From assembly GCA_038245785.1 (NCBI GenBank), contig JBBRSB010000002.1, forward strand, positions 32,001-96,000: a stretch of 64,000 bases of DNA, in the 5' to 3' direction. Below are positions 10,431 through 21,390 of the stretch, one piece after another. The position numbers were made by a program, and so were the translations under genes. The DNA is from Gloeobacterales cyanobacterium (GTDB taxonomy: Bacteria; Cyanobacteriota; Cyanobacteriia; Gloeobacterales; PMM-0068). Position 1 is the stretch's first letter. Each line of letters starts with the position of its first letter. The notes beneath the pieces were generated by a model that saw nothing but the letters and a program-made list of their open reading frames with translations, was not told the origin of the DNA and made no database searches.

Positions 10431-11616
10431 CAGAATCGGTTTGAGTCAAAGCGTACTGTCCGACGTTGGCAAGCGCAGCATCAAAAGCAGGTTGACGCAA
10501 ATACAAGGTTAGATCTCGAACAATGCGTTCAATCGGATTCGGGGGCAGCAATCCACGAGTTCCAATCGAGCGTTGAGATAGTTGCATCACATCAAGACAA
10601 ATCTGCTCGATCGTCGATCGCACCATATTTGCATAAGCCACTAGCTTTTCTGATGCAGGATGAAGTATCTTCGGAGAGCCAGCAAACACCGATCCATAGT
10701 TCACGAGCAAGTCTGCGGCGCCACGAAGCCAGAGCTGACCACTTTCAATGGCAATCGCCATTCTCCCTAACCGCTCTTCTTGATAGGGATCTTGAGTTCG
10801 TCCCAAGCTATATAAGAACCGTCGAGTCTCATCAAACAAGGCTTCGGCTCCACCCAACTGCACTGCAGCGAATCGAACTACACCTGCCGTTAACCAAGGC
10901 TGTCGATAGTAATCGCCGGGTTGACCCAGCAACGCGTTTGCTCCCAATTCGACTCCACTAAAATCGACTTTATAGCTTGCGGTTGCCCTCATTCCCGATG
11001 GCTGCCACCAGGACGGATCGCTCACGGTTGCTACTTCATCCATGGGAACAATACACATCTGCCAACGACCATCGGGCAAGGTTCCATTCACAAACGGTCG
11101 ATCAACATAACCCGAACCTGATGCAAACGTTTTGCAGCCTTCTAACCGATAGCGTCCATTAGCTAGCGGAATAATTTTGACGCCATCGGCTGCTTCTGCA
11201 TTCCAAACGCCAAAAATTTTGTGTCGATCACGAGCATCTTCTGCGTAAGCCTCGATTTGAGCAGGTGACCCAAACGTTTGAATTAGCTGTAGGGCATTGA
11301 CGTGCCCTTCATAGATTCGTCCAACCACTAGGTTGCCTTGCCCAATAGCTTTCAATAATTTCAGCAGATCAGGGGTGGCACTCGCCTCAATACCCAATCC
11401 TAATCCGCCAAGCGAGGTAGCAAGCGGTGCGGCCAACAAACCCGCCGCCGCCATATGCTGAAACTCATCAATGGGGAAAGCTCCTATCTGATCAATTTTC
11501 GCAGCATTACGGGCAGCATACTTTGAGATTTCAGCCGTACGAGCTAGCACTTCTTGAATTGATAAGTTGATTTGATTTCTAAGTAGAGGTTGAGTTTCCA
11601 CGACAGTCTGTTTCAC
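10405..11616 (-). CDS. Acyl-CoA dehydrogenase family protein
   Basis: GRIYEGHVNA, LEG.KTFASG, W...GMRATAS, RDLTLYLRQP. Confidence 0.85.
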   Translation of the reverse strand: MKQTVVETQPLLRNQINLSIQEVLARTAEISKYAARNAAKIDQIGAFPIDEFQHMAAAGLLAAPLATSLGGLGLGIEASATPDLLKLLKAIGQGNLVVGRIYEGHVNALQLIQTFGSPAQIEAYAEDARDRHKIFGVWNAEAADGVKIIPLANGRYRLEGCKTFASGSGYVDRPFVNGTLPDGRWQMCIVPMDEVATVSDPSWWQPSGMRATASYKVDFSGVELGANALLGQPGDYYRQPWLTAGVVRFAAVQLGGAEALFDETRRFLYSLGRTQDPYQEERLGRMAIAIESGQLWLRGAADLLVNYGSVFAGSPKILHPASEKLVAYANMVRSTIEQICLDVMQLSQRSIGTRGLLPPNPIERIVRDLTLYLRQPAFDAALANVGQYALTQTDSVEQLWRYE

Positions 11617-11902
11617 AATTTGTTTAGATAGGTAGCTTATAACAATAGTGAAATGAAGGTGTGTTAAGCGCCTCTGTCTATAGAGTGACGGTACCGAATG
11701 GATTTTCTAGCAAACTGCTCTATCTAGGCAGCAAGATGGTTAGCCCATAACCCCATAGGAATGGTCTGACGACAGATCAGGAATATCTCTGGTTACGGCT
11801 GATATTGCCGATAGTTGTCCGCGAATATCCAACGAGCGTATCGCTGGGAGGGGACATAATCTTTTTAGCTCAAATCCAGACCCATACTACAGAACGAGGG
11901 GT

Positions 11903-12574
11903 TCAAGTAAATCGCTGACCTAGTTGAACGGGATCGCAAACCGTAATCTTCTTCTTGTGAATAGAGATAAGATCCTTCTTCTTTAGCTCTCCCAGCAGTC
12001 GAGTAATGGTCACCCGAGTAGAACCAATAGCTTCCGCAATGGCCTGGTGAGAAAGTCGGAGGTCGATAGTGATCCCCTCGCGCCCAGGGACACCAAAATC
12101 CCGACAGAGAATCAAGATAAAGCTCTCTAAACGAGAACCCATATCCCTGTGAGCCAGCGTTTCAATCATCATCTCGGTTTGGAGGATGCGAGAGGCTAAG
12201 CCCTTGAGCAGAATGGAAGAAAGTTCTGCATCATTGCGAAGAGCCTTTTCCACTTGGTCAATGTTGGCAGCCAATAACTCCACAGGCGTGATCGCTACGG
12301 CATGATAAAAACGGTCAGAGCGATGGCCTGTGATGATCGAGAGAACACCGAAGACACTGTTCTCCCGCAGCAAAGAGACTGTAATTTCTTCGCCGTTGTC
12401 AAAGACTCGAGAAAGCTTTACCGCTCCCTTGACCAAGAAATAGACCCGCTCTGCAGGGTCTCCAGGGAAGAAAATAGTTTTTCCCCGGTCATAATGTTCC
12501 ACAACGGGTGGAACCTGTCCGTTTTCAAACTTTTGAAACAGGACACCTAATCGCTGATCTGTTGTTAGGACCAA
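11903..12574 (-). CDS. ntcA: Global nitrogen regulator NtcA
   Basis: [42 protein letters not shown]. Confidence 0.97.
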   Translation of the reverse strand: MVLTTDQRLGVLFQKFENGQVPPVVEHYDRGKTIFFPGDPAERVYFLVKGAVKLSRVFDNGEEITVSLLRENSVFGVLSIITGHRSDRFYHAVAITPVELLAANIDQVEKALRNDAELSSILLKGLASRILQTEMMIETLAHRDMGSRLESFILILCRDFGVPGREGITIDLRLSHQAIAEAIGSTRVTITRLLGELKKKDLISIHKKKITVCDPVQLGQRFT

Positions 12575-12625
12575 TAGTTCGCCCCAAACGTTTTAATTTA
12601 TGTATACGTTCCACTCGGATCAAAA

Positions 12626-12641
12626 TGTATTTTTCAATACA
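12626..12641. promoter_or_regulatory. NtcA box upstream of ntcA (autoregulation)
   Basis: TGTA-TTTTTCAA-TACA is a perfect TGTA-N8-TACA, about 50 nt upstream of the ntcA start. Confidence 0.8.
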
Positions 12642-12746
12642 GAACTATAGAGTTTGGCACATAAAAGACTCTGTTTGTGTAACAGTCTAGTCTTCAAAGC
12701 CATAGGCACTAAGGCCTAAGCACCATTGGTGCGTGAATATACGTAA

Positions 12747-13529
12747 TCAAGGTAATTTCCAGGAAGCCAGGAGGGTTTGGTAGGTTGTTTTTGGTAATTG
12801 GATGAGCAACGGCTGAGCTTTTGGATCAAGCCATAACAGCACTTCCTCTAGATTTTTCTGAGCCATCGCGGTACAACCCACAGTTGGGCTGGTCTCTCCT
12901 CTCCAGACATGAAGAAAAATACAGCTGCCTTTTCCAGGGGTCGCTGGCTGCTTGTTATGGTCCACATCCACGACCCAGGTATAGAGGACATCTGAACGAC
13001 GCATGACCTCTGCCGAGTCCCAACTATTCACTTTCTCCAGCAAAATCTGATTGTAGAAACTGGACTTCGCATCATCTACGCAGCGCAAATCTTGGGTGCT
13101 GGCTTGATAAGGCCATTTCATCCGCGATAGAGGACTGGCGGCATAACCATAAGCCGAGCCTAATTTAAAGATTCCTGCTGGCGATTTGCCATCTCCTTCC
13201 TTCTTGAGTGGTTCTGCGGTGCCCTCAGGAGTCTCCTGAGAATCGTTAGGGGCGTTGTGCAGTCCCAGACCCCAGCCCAAACCCCCTCTACCCAGGACTA
13301 CAGCTATGGGCTTACCCACAGGCCGCCAGGCGCTTTTTCCTTTCGTCTTGGGGACTCTGGCGTAGCGCTGTAAGGTCGCTTGAGGACTGTCCCAAGTATC
13401 AGCTTTGACTACTAAAGCTTGACGACTTTGTACAGGAATAGGAGTAGCATAGCTCTTCCCAGTAGCAAGTAAGATAGATACTGCTCCAATCAGAACAGTC
13501 TTGAGTATTAGGTTCATTAATCTTGCCAT
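12747..13529 (-). CDS. Secreted L,D-transpeptidase (YkuD-like) family protein
   Basis: K.EGDGKSPAG, GSCIFLH.W, PT.GC catalytic His/Cys; signal peptide; start moved to MARLMN. Confidence 0.8.
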   Translation of the reverse strand: MARLMNLILKTVLIGAVSILLATGKSYATPIPVQSRQALVVKADTWDSPQATLQRYARVPKTKGKSAWRPVGKPIAVVLGRGGLGWGLGLHNAPNDSQETPEGTAEPLKKEGDGKSPAGIFKLGSAYGYAASPLSRMKWPYQASTQDLRCVDDAKSSFYNQILLEKVNSWDSAEVMRRSDVLYTWVVDVDHNKQPATPGKGSCIFLHVWRGETSPTVGCTAMAQKNLEEVLLWLDPKAQPLLIQLPKTTYQTLLASWKLP

Positions 13530-13596
13530 TGGTAAAGATTCACTCGCTTTAGTTTGTAGCATATTGAAGAGCATACTAGATGGAAGATAGGGAAAG

Positions 13597-14271
13597 ATGG
13601 CAGATGACAATTCGAGAGCAGGACTAGGATATTCAAATCCTGCCATAAAGGCCTACTTAGAGAAACTCTTTAGTCCCCATGATGCTGCCTTAGAAGATGC
13701 AGTTCATCAGTTGGATGTAACAGACATGCCCCGCATTCAAATCGCACCGACAGAGGGAAAAATTCTCCAGGTTTTACTCTCAATGATTGGAGCGAGAAAA
13801 GTTGTGGAGTTTGGCACCCTTTCTGGCTATTCTGCGCTATGGATCCTAAAAGCGTTGGGAAAACAAGGTCATCTATGGACCTGTGAGTACAGTCCAAAGC
13901 ATGCCAAAGTCGCCCAAGGCGTGTTTGAACGAGCTGGTTTAAGTACACAGGTAACCATTCTTGAAGGTCCAGCGCTAAACGCCTTAGACAAGTTGGCTAC
14001 TGAAGCGCCTTTCGATGCCGTATTTATCGATGCAGATAAGAAAAACTACATTCATTATGCTAGATGGGCCTTTGAGCATCTGCGTTCTGGTGGTTTAATT
14101 ATCGGCGACAACACCTACCTATTTGGCTATCTGAAGGGTAGAGCTCCAGATGCAAATTGGAATCAAGAAGCCATAGAAGGAATGACTCAGTTTCATGAAC
14201 TTCTCGCAGAACACTGTGTGGCTGTATGCTTGCCAACTCCTGATGGACTGAGTGTAGGTATTAAGCCTTGA
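13597..14271 (+). CDS. O-methyltransferase (CCoAOMT/COMT-like, Methyltransf_3)
   Basis: VVEFGTLSGYS, FDAVFIDADK.NY, GGLIIGDN. Confidence 0.88.
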   Translation: MADDNSRAGLGYSNPAIKAYLEKLFSPHDAALEDAVHQLDVTDMPRIQIAPTEGKILQVLLSMIGARKVVEFGTLSGYSALWILKALGKQGHLWTCEYSPKHAKVAQGVFERAGLSTQVTILEGPALNALDKLATEAPFDAVFIDADKKNYIHYARWAFEHLRSGGLIIGDNTYLFGYLKGRAPDANWNQEAIEGMTQFHELLAEHCVAVCLPTPDGLSVGIKP

Positions 14272-14435
14272 GGCCAAGGCAAAGCACTCTCGAGGCCTAT
14301 TTTGTGCTTATAGGTCGACAACCAGAGTTAATGCATGCATAAACAGCAGTCTATGTAAAGCATTTATTTACAAAAAGTTGTAATACTTAAAAAGCCTGTT
14401 ACATTGGTGAGTATCGTCCACTTGGAAGAATACTC

Positions 14436-14798
14436 ATGAAAAAGCTTTTAGGTCTGTTCCCAATTCCCTCTACACTCAAAAATCAGTCTAACGTTTCTGA
14501 CCTTAAAGGTCGCTTGGATTGGGGTGAACCTGCTCTTACCATTGTTGATATTCGCAACTCGAACGTCTTTGATCAGGGTCGCGTTCAGGGTGCCGTTTCT
14601 ATTCCTGCACTTGGCTTGATAGATTACGCACTAGCGAATCTTGAATCTATTCGCGATTTATATGTTTATGGAGAAACGGACGAAGAAACCAATGTGGCAG
14701 TAACTAAGTTGCGTGCGGCTGGATTTCAGTATGTATCTATGCTGCAAGGTGGTTTCGAAGCCTGGAAAGCTGCCGAGTATCCGATAGAAGCCGCGTAA
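14436..14798 (+). CDS. Rhodanese-like domain protein (Cys-less), copy 1
   Basis: LKGRLDWGEPALTIVD.R, GAVSIP, LQGGFEAW. Confidence 0.85.
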   Translation: MKKLLGLFPIPSTLKNQSNVSDLKGRLDWGEPALTIVDIRNSNVFDQGRVQGAVSIPALGLIDYALANLESIRDLYVYGETDEETNVAVTKLRAAGFQYVSMLQGGFEAWKAAEYPIEAA

Positions 14799-15054
14799 AG
14801 ACAAACAGCCCTCTGTTTTATGGGGGTCTTGTTTGTTCAGCACCATAAGTCTGGCTCTAAATGCTCTAAACAAGTCAGAAGCTAATTCTTTTTCTAGCAA
14901 AAATTATTATCTTTATGCTCCCTGGTTAGGGCATCCTCTATTCCTAAGGGACTACGTAAATGCCTCAACGAAATATTTTTTATGCCTATGGACTAATTAT
15001 CAGGCTCAGTCAAGGCAGGTACATTGGCAGTATCACGCACTTGAGAAAATGCCA

Positions 15055-15426
15055 ATGGAAAAGCTTTTTGGAATAATCCCTATCCCTTCTCAGCTACACG
15101 AACAGTCCAATATTTCTGAACTCAAAGGTCGTCTAGACTGGGGCGAACCTGCACTTACCATTGTTGATGTTCGAAACTCAAACTTATTTAATGAAGGCCA
15201 TATCCAAGGGGCAGTTTCTATACCTGAACCCGGTTTGGTAGAACATGCCTCTGAACATCTCGAACCAACTCGGGACCTCTATATCTATAGCGAAACAGAC
15301 GAAGAAACCAATGCAGCAGCAAATAAGCTTCGTGCCGCTGGTTTCGAACGTGTGTCTATGCTCCAAGGAGGCTTCGAAGCCTGGAGAGCCGCTGAGTACC
15401 CAGTCGAGCCTGCGCCCTTGCTGTAA
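15055..15426 (+). CDS. Rhodanese-like domain protein (Cys-less), copy 2
   Basis: Tandem paralog of 14436-14798; start set at MEKLFG by alignment with copy 1. Confidence 0.85.
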   Translation: MEKLFGIIPIPSQLHEQSNISELKGRLDWGEPALTIVDVRNSNLFNEGHIQGAVSIPEPGLVEHASEHLEPTRDLYIYSETDEETNAAANKLRAAGFERVSMLQGGFEAWRAAEYPVEPAPLL

Positions 15427-15440
15427 ACCTTTACACGCGT

Positions 15441-15469
15441 AAAAAAAGCCCCCTGAAGAAGGGGGCTTT
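15441..15469. terminator. Bidirectional intrinsic terminator between rhodanese-2 and psaB
   Basis: aaaaaaagccccct-gaaga-agggggcttt hairpin with an A/T tract between convergent genes. Confidence 0.8.
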
Positions 15470-15492
15470 AATTTATATAGCAACTAACTTAG

Positions 15493-17673
15493 CTAGCCGC
15501 TCGATAACCCTGCCGTTGAGGCAATGACAAAGGCCGCATAGGTAAGGACATACCCCACCGTGAAGTGGGCGAGACCAATCAAACGACCTTGGACAATGGA
15601 CATAGCCACAGGCTTATCTTTCCAACGAACCAATTTAGCTAGAGGCGTGCGCTCATGAGCCCATACCAGAGTCTCAATTAGTTCCTGCCAGTAACCACGC
15701 CAGGCGATCAGGAACATGAAGCCTGTTGCCCACACCAGGTGACCAAACAGGAACATCCATGACCATACCGATAGGTTGTTGCTACCCGTACCCGGTGTAT
15801 AGCCGTTGATCAGGGTGTTTGAGTAAGCCCACAGATAGTTGTTGAGCCAACCCATGATCGTTACCGACTTCTCGTTAAAGACAGATTCTGTACCCGTCCA
15901 GATCGACAGATGCTTCCAATGCCAGTAGAAGGTAATCCAACCAATGGTATTAAGCATCCAGAACATAGCCAGGTAGAAGCTATCCCAAGCAGAGATGTCG
16001 CAGGTACCACCACGGCCAGGACCATCGCAAGGGAAGGCAAAGCCGAAATCTTTCTTATCGGGCATCAACTTGGAACCACGAGCATCTAGGGCACCTTTAA
16101 CGCCAATTAAGACGGTAGTGTGAATCCCTAGGGCAATCGCATGGTGGACAAGGAAGTCACCAGGACCAATGTTCAGGAAGGGATTTGCATCCCCAACTGC
16201 ATTTACTGTCTGGGTCCAACCACTCACAAAGGCCCCTGGAGCTGTGGCAGATATCCCACCAAAGATGGCAGGAATGCCAGCGATAATCTTTCCGGACTGG
16301 GCCTGAACGAACTGTGCGAACACAGGCTCAATCAAAATCTGGTCTTCAGGGCGACCGAAGGCTTGCATAACATCGTTGTGTACATACAAACCAAGGGTAT
16401 GGAACCCGAGGAACAGAGAAACCCAAGATAGGTGAGAGATAATCGCTTCTTTATGCTCCAGAACCCGAGCAAGAACGTTGTCCTTATTCGCTTCAGGATC
16501 GTAGTCCCGCACAAAGAAGATCGCACCGTGAGCAAAGGCTCCTACCATCAGGAATCCAGCAATGTACTGGTGATGGGTGTAGAGCGCCGCCATCGTGGTG
16601 TGGTCTTCATGCATGTAGAAGTACGGTGGTAGCGCATACATCTGCTGTGCCACCAGAGAAGTCACCGTTCCTAAGGAAGCCAAGGCCAAACCCAACTGGA
16701 AGTGCAGTGAGTTGTTCACGGTGTCATAGAGATTGCGGTGACCTGCTCCCAAGCGACCACTGGGTGGGCTATGGGCATCCAAGATTTCCCGAATGCTATG
16801 TCCAATACCCCAGTTGGTCTTGTACATATGACCAGCAATGATGAAAATCACGGCGATGGCCAAATGATGGTGAGCAATATCCGATAGCCACAGTGAGTTG
16901 GTTGCCGGATTCAATCCCCCGTAGAAGGTCAGCATTGGCCAGCCAGTGCCGTCAGCAGCGGGTTGCGAATACACGGCCCAGTTGCCCGTAAAGAAGGGCA
17001 AAAGTCCACCTGGGTGGGGGGCAAACTGAGCTTGGGTAAAGTTAGTCCAGTTGACTTCCCTGCCATTTAAGCGAGGAATAGCAACGTGAACCATGTGTCC
17101 TGTCCAAGCCAGGGAAGAAACCCCGAACAGTCCAGACAAGTGATGGTTCAAACGAGATTCTGCGTTCTTGAACCAGGCCAAAGAAGGACGGAAACGAGGC
17201 TGTAGGTGTAGCCAGCCTGCCGCGAGGAACAGAGTAGCCAACACAATCAAGAAAATAGCGCCCTCGAAAAGTTCCGAGTTATGACGCATACCGATGGTGT
17301 ACCACCAGTAATAGAGGCCGGAGTACATAAAGTTCACCGGACCAGCTGCACCTTCTGGGGTGAAAGCTTTCATAGCTCCAGGGCCGAAATGGGGGTCCCA
17401 AATCGCGTGAGCAATCGGCTTCACTTTCGTGGGGTCTAAAATCCACTGTTCAAAGTTGCCCTGCCAGGCCACGTGGAATAGGTTGCCTGAAGTCCAGAGA
17501 AAGATGATGGCAATATGACCGAAGTGAGAAGCGAATATCTTCTGATACAGTACTTCTTCAGTCATACCGTCATGGCTTTCAAAGTCATGAGCCGTAGCAA
17601 TCCCATACCAAATCCGACGAGTAGTCGGGTCGTTGGCTAGGTCCTGGCTGAATTTCGGAAAACGAGTTGCCAT
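15493..17673 (-). CDS. psaB: Photosystem I P700 apoprotein A2
   Basis: [13 protein letters not shown] start, [14 protein letters not shown] motif, RGYWQELIE; true start at 17673. Confidence 0.98.
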   Translation of the reverse strand: MATRFPKFSQDLANDPTTRRIWYGIATAHDFESHDGMTEEVLYQKIFASHFGHIAIIFLWTSGNLFHVAWQGNFEQWILDPTKVKPIAHAIWDPHFGPGAMKAFTPEGAAGPVNFMYSGLYYWWYTIGMRHNSELFEGAIFLIVLATLFLAAGWLHLQPRFRPSLAWFKNAESRLNHHLSGLFGVSSLAWTGHMVHVAIPRLNGREVNWTNFTQAQFAPHPGGLLPFFTGNWAVYSQPAADGTGWPMLTFYGGLNPATNSLWLSDIAHHHLAIAVIFIIAGHMYKTNWGIGHSIREILDAHSPPSGRLGAGHRNLYDTVNNSLHFQLGLALASLGTVTSLVAQQMYALPPYFYMHEDHTTMAALYTHHQYIAGFLMVGAFAHGAIFFVRDYDPEANKDNVLARVLEHKEAIISHLSWVSLFLGFHTLGLYVHNDVMQAFGRPEDQILIEPVFAQFVQAQSGKIIAGIPAIFGGISATAPGAFVSGWTQTVNAVGDANPFLNIGPGDFLVHHAIALGIHTTVLIGVKGALDARGSKLMPDKKDFGFAFPCDGPGRGGTCDISAWDSFYLAMFWMLNTIGWITFYWHWKHLSIWTGTESVFNEKSVTIMGWLNNYLWAYSNTLINGYTPGTGSNNLSVWSWMFLFGHLVWATGFMFLIAWRGYWQELIETLVWAHERTPLAKLVRWKDKPVAMSIVQGRLIGLAHFTVGYVLTYAAFVIASTAGLSSG

Positions 17674-17684
17674 TGCTATCTCCT

Positions 17685-20003
17685 TTACTGAATCGCCAGG
17701 AAGCGAGCCAGGAAGAACGCCCACGTAGTGACGATTCCTCCGAGCAGGTAGTGAGCAACGCCCACTGCACGACCTTGGGTGATGCTCAACGCACGCGGCT
17801 GGATAGCAGGAGCAACATTCAGCTTGCTGTGAGCCCAAACAATGGACTCAATCAGCTCTTGCCAGTAACCACGGCCACTGAACAGGAACATCAAGCTAAA
17901 TGCCCAGACGAAGTGAGCACCCAAGAAGGCCAAACCATAAGCAGAAGCAGAGCTACCGTAAGAGTTAATTACGGGAGCGGCTTGCGCCCACAGGAAATCA
18001 CGCAACCAACCATTGATGTCCACAGAGCTAGCTGCAAACTGATTGAAGGGTGCGGTAGCGCCCGTGACGCTGTTGGTAATGACATTAATTTGGTCAACAA
18101 TATGTGTGACCTTACCAGAAGCATCTACTGTGCCATAGACGTCTGATTGCATTTTCCACGAGAAGTGGAAGATGACGATGGAGATGCAGTTGTACATCCA
18201 GAACAAGCCAAGGAACACATGGTCCCAAGCAGAAGCCTGGCAGGTACCTCCACGACCTGGACCATCGCAAGGGAATCTGAATCCCAGGTTGGCCTTGTCG
18301 GGGATCAAGCGGGAAGAACGAGCAAAAAGCACGCCTTTTAGCAAGATCAAGACGGTGACGTGAATGGTCAACGCATGGATATGGTGGATCATGAAGTCCG
18401 CAGTTCCCAAAGGAATGGGAGACATGGAGACTTTACCCGCTACAGCCAAGGTTGCTCCGCCCCATACAGGAGAGGTAGTACCTGTGAGCCAAGGAGCGGT
18501 AGAACCAGCACCAGCCGCTGAAGCATGGATATTTTGTACGGCCTGAGCAAATATTGGCTGCAGGTTTATTGCCCAATCCGCAAACATGTCTTGAGGACGG
18601 CCCAAGGCTTGCATAGTATCGTTATGGACATAAAGACCGAAGCTATGGAAACCCAAGAACAAACAGACCCAGTTCAGATGGGAAATAATGGCATCCCGAT
18701 GCCGCAGCATCCGGTCCAGTAGGTTGTTTTGGTTCATAACAGGGTCGTAATCCCGCACCATGAAGATGGCCGCATGGGCACCGGCCCCAACAATAAAAAA
18801 GCCACCAATCCACATGTGATGGGTGAACAAATTGATTTGGGTCAAGTAATCAATGCCCATGTAGGGATAGGGATTCATCGCGTACATATGATGCGCCACG
18901 ATGATAGACAGAGAACCAACCATGGCTAGGTTAATCGCCAATTGAGCATGCCAGGAGTTGGTGAGCACTTCATAGAGACCCTTGTGGCCTTCGCCCGTGA
19001 GGGGACCCTTGTGGGCTTCCAACATTTCCTTAATGGAATGACCAATACCCCAATTCGTGCGGTACATATGTCCCGCAATGATGAACAGGGTAGCGATAGC
19101 CAAGTGGTGATGGGCAATGTCCGTCATCCACAGAGAACCAGTCTGAGGATCTAGGCCTCCCTTAAAGGTAAGGAAGTCCTTATAGACACCCCAGTTCAAG
19201 GTAAAGAAAGGCACTAGTCCCTGCTTGAAGCTCGGGAAAAATTCACCCATCTTTGCAGCATCGAAAGCATATTCATGAGGCAGAGGAATATCAGCAGGCT
19301 TCATCCCCCTGTTGAGCATTTGGTTCACAGGCAGAGCCACGTGAATCTGGTGCCCAGCCCAAGAGAGGGAGCCTAAGCCTAAAAGCCCAGCCAAGTGATG
19401 GTTGAGCATCGATTCCACATTTTGGAACCACTCCAGCTTTGGAGCCCGGACGTGGTAATGGAACCAGCCAGCAAACACCATTAAGCCAGCCATGGCCAAA
19501 CCTGCTACTGCAGAAGCCATGAGCTGAGCTGAATTGGTGTAGCCAGCAGCCCGCCAAACATAGAACAAACCGGAGGTGATTTGAATTCCTCCTTCAAAGC
19601 TCTTAGTGACGGTGCCAGGATCTCTCAGGATCTCCTGACCAAAGATTGGCCAGATAGCGTGAGCGGAAGGCCTCACCTTCGTGGGGTCAGCCACCCAATC
19701 AATATAATTGGAGAACTGCGCACCATGGAAGAACATCCCACTAGCCCAAACAAAAACGACGGCCAGGTGGCCGAAGTGGGCAGCAAAGATTTTGCGAGCG
19801 ATGTCTTCCCGGTCGCTGGTATGTGTTTCAAAGTCATGGGCGAGAGCATGAAGGTCCCAAATCCAGGTAGTGGTTTTGGGCCCACGGGCTAAAGAACGCT
19901 CAAACCAACCCGGCTTGAACCACTTCTCGGTAGAAGTAGGAACCGGATTGGTATCAACCGTTACTTTGACCTTATCCTCTCGCTTCTGCGGCGTGATGGT
20001 CAT
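17685..20003 (-). CDS. psaA: Photosystem I P700 apoprotein A1
   Basis: [27 protein letters not shown], immediately upstream of psaB. Confidence 0.98.
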   Translation of the reverse strand: MTITPQKREDKVKVTVDTNPVPTSTEKWFKPGWFERSLARGPKTTTWIWDLHALAHDFETHTSDREDIARKIFAAHFGHLAVVFVWASGMFFHGAQFSNYIDWVADPTKVRPSAHAIWPIFGQEILRDPGTVTKSFEGGIQITSGLFYVWRAAGYTNSAQLMASAVAGLAMAGLMVFAGWFHYHVRAPKLEWFQNVESMLNHHLAGLLGLGSLSWAGHQIHVALPVNQMLNRGMKPADIPLPHEYAFDAAKMGEFFPSFKQGLVPFFTLNWGVYKDFLTFKGGLDPQTGSLWMTDIAHHHLAIATLFIIAGHMYRTNWGIGHSIKEMLEAHKGPLTGEGHKGLYEVLTNSWHAQLAINLAMVGSLSIIVAHHMYAMNPYPYMGIDYLTQINLFTHHMWIGGFFIVGAGAHAAIFMVRDYDPVMNQNNLLDRMLRHRDAIISHLNWVCLFLGFHSFGLYVHNDTMQALGRPQDMFADWAINLQPIFAQAVQNIHASAAGAGSTAPWLTGTTSPVWGGATLAVAGKVSMSPIPLGTADFMIHHIHALTIHVTVLILLKGVLFARSSRLIPDKANLGFRFPCDGPGRGGTCQASAWDHVFLGLFWMYNCISIVIFHFSWKMQSDVYGTVDASGKVTHIVDQINVITNSVTGATAPFNQFAASSVDINGWLRDFLWAQAAPVINSYGSSASAYGLAFLGAHFVWAFSLMFLFSGRGYWQELIESIVWAHSKLNVAPAIQPRALSITQGRAVGVAHYLLGGIVTTWAFFLARFLAIQ

Positions 20004-20323
20004 AAGAGACGATCTCCTCTAGACGTAGACGCACATCTTTTACAAAATGCACGCGGACTACATACAACGGAACGAGAACACATCTGAGACGCTACCGCTA
20101 AACGAATGATGAAATAATGGCGTAGCTGCATGACTCAGAGTTATCGAGCATTATAGGCCAGAGTTTTAAGCAAATAGAGCACTCCGTAACAGTTATTAAA
20201 AATTCGCAAAACAAGCTAGAGGCATGGGATACAAGAACTCAGGATTTATTTTGAGCAACACGGATTATGTAATTTTTCAAAGAAACTTAATATATGTAAA
20301 CAATAGTTTTCAGTGATTAATCT

Positions 20324-21280
20324 TCAACCTGCCCCCAAAGCCAATCCCGTAACCAGCATTCCGATCACGAGGAAGGGCTGGGAACTCGCTTGGTACTTAA
20401 CATCATTGGCAATTGGATCTTTTAAAAGCTGGGTTTGGAAAAACATTTGCGGCAAAATCAGGCCAGCGAGGATAGCTCCATACCAGTAGAACTTACCTGT
20501 ATATATAAGGTAAGCAAGGATGCCCAACTGGAAGAAATCAATCATAAATACGCAGATCCAGGCGGCTTTCTGCACACCAAATATCACTGGCAAAGACTTA
20601 AGTCCCAGTGCCCGGTCCCCTTCAATGCTTTTGAAGTCATTGACAATAGCGATTCCCAGGCCGGCAAAGCTATAGAACAAAGTCAAAATAACGATCGTAG
20701 GGTTTAGCGTGCCAAAAAGGGCATGGCCGCAACACCAAGGCAAGGCAATATAGGAAGCGCCTAAAGCATAGTTCCCTAACCATCCGTTCTGCTTTAGCTT
20801 AAGCGGGGGCGCTGAGTAGATATAGGCGAGGAAGGTTCCGCCTAAAGCCAAACAGAAAATAATTGGGAAGGTATGACCAGCCCATCGGTCAAGAGTGTAA
20901 GAAACAGCTAAACCTAAAAACAGGAGCAAGTAGATCTGTTGCTCCACTTGAGCCAGAGCAATAGCCCCTGAAGGAATCGGGCGATAGGGTTCGTTGATCG
21001 CATCGATATCCCGGTCATAGTAGTCATTGATAGTTTGTGTAAAGCCTGCCAAGAGCGGGCCAGACATGACCATAGCTAGAACAACCATTAAAGTGTTCGA
21101 CACTGACCAGGTAAAGCCCCCTGAGGCAGCTCCACAGATGACGCCCCACATCAGAGGAATCCAGGTCACAGGCTTCATCAGCTGCACCCGAATTTGGAGC
21201 AGGGAGCGCTCTTGGACATCGCCGCCCTTCATGCCAAGCATTTGGCGTTTGCGACGATTACTCTCTGATGTTTCTGCCAT
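20324..21280 (-). CDS. chlG: Chlorophyll synthase
   Basis: RQMLGMKG, QLMKPVTWIPL, NDYYDRDIDAINEPYRPIPSG, NDFKSIEGD. Confidence 0.97.
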   Translation of the reverse strand: MAETSESNRRKRQMLGMKGGDVQERSLLQIRVQLMKPVTWIPLMWGVICGAASGGFTWSVSNTLMVVLAMVMSGPLLAGFTQTINDYYDRDIDAINEPYRPIPSGAIALAQVEQQIYLLLFLGLAVSYTLDRWAGHTFPIIFCLALGGTFLAYIYSAPPLKLKQNGWLGNYALGASYIALPWCCGHALFGTLNPTIVILTLFYSFAGLGIAIVNDFKSIEGDRALGLKSLPVIFGVQKAAWICVFMIDFFQLGILAYLIYTGKFYWYGAILAGLILPQMFFQTQLLKDPIANDVKYQASSQPFLVIGMLVTGLALGAG

Positions 21281-21390
21281 GGCTAGCTCAGATATAAATG
21301 GGGAGATGGAACATAGCCGGATTATACGGCTCCTGGGACTCGCATCATTTCTAGTGGATAATCATAAAAAGCCAAACGAGGCAAATAAAT

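Noticed and set aside
14833..15054. Long N-terminal extension of rhodanese copy 2
   Set aside because: Alignment with copy 1 places the start at about 15055; the upstream stretch looks intergenic.
17674..17838. 55-aa N-terminal extension of PsaB in the ORF track
   Set aside because: It overlaps the psaA 3' end; the canonical MATRFPKF start with an AGGAG SD is at 17673.
20180..20300. RpaB HLR1 sites upstream of psaA
   Set aside because: Only isolated TTACA-type half-sites were seen, without convincing direct-repeat spacing.
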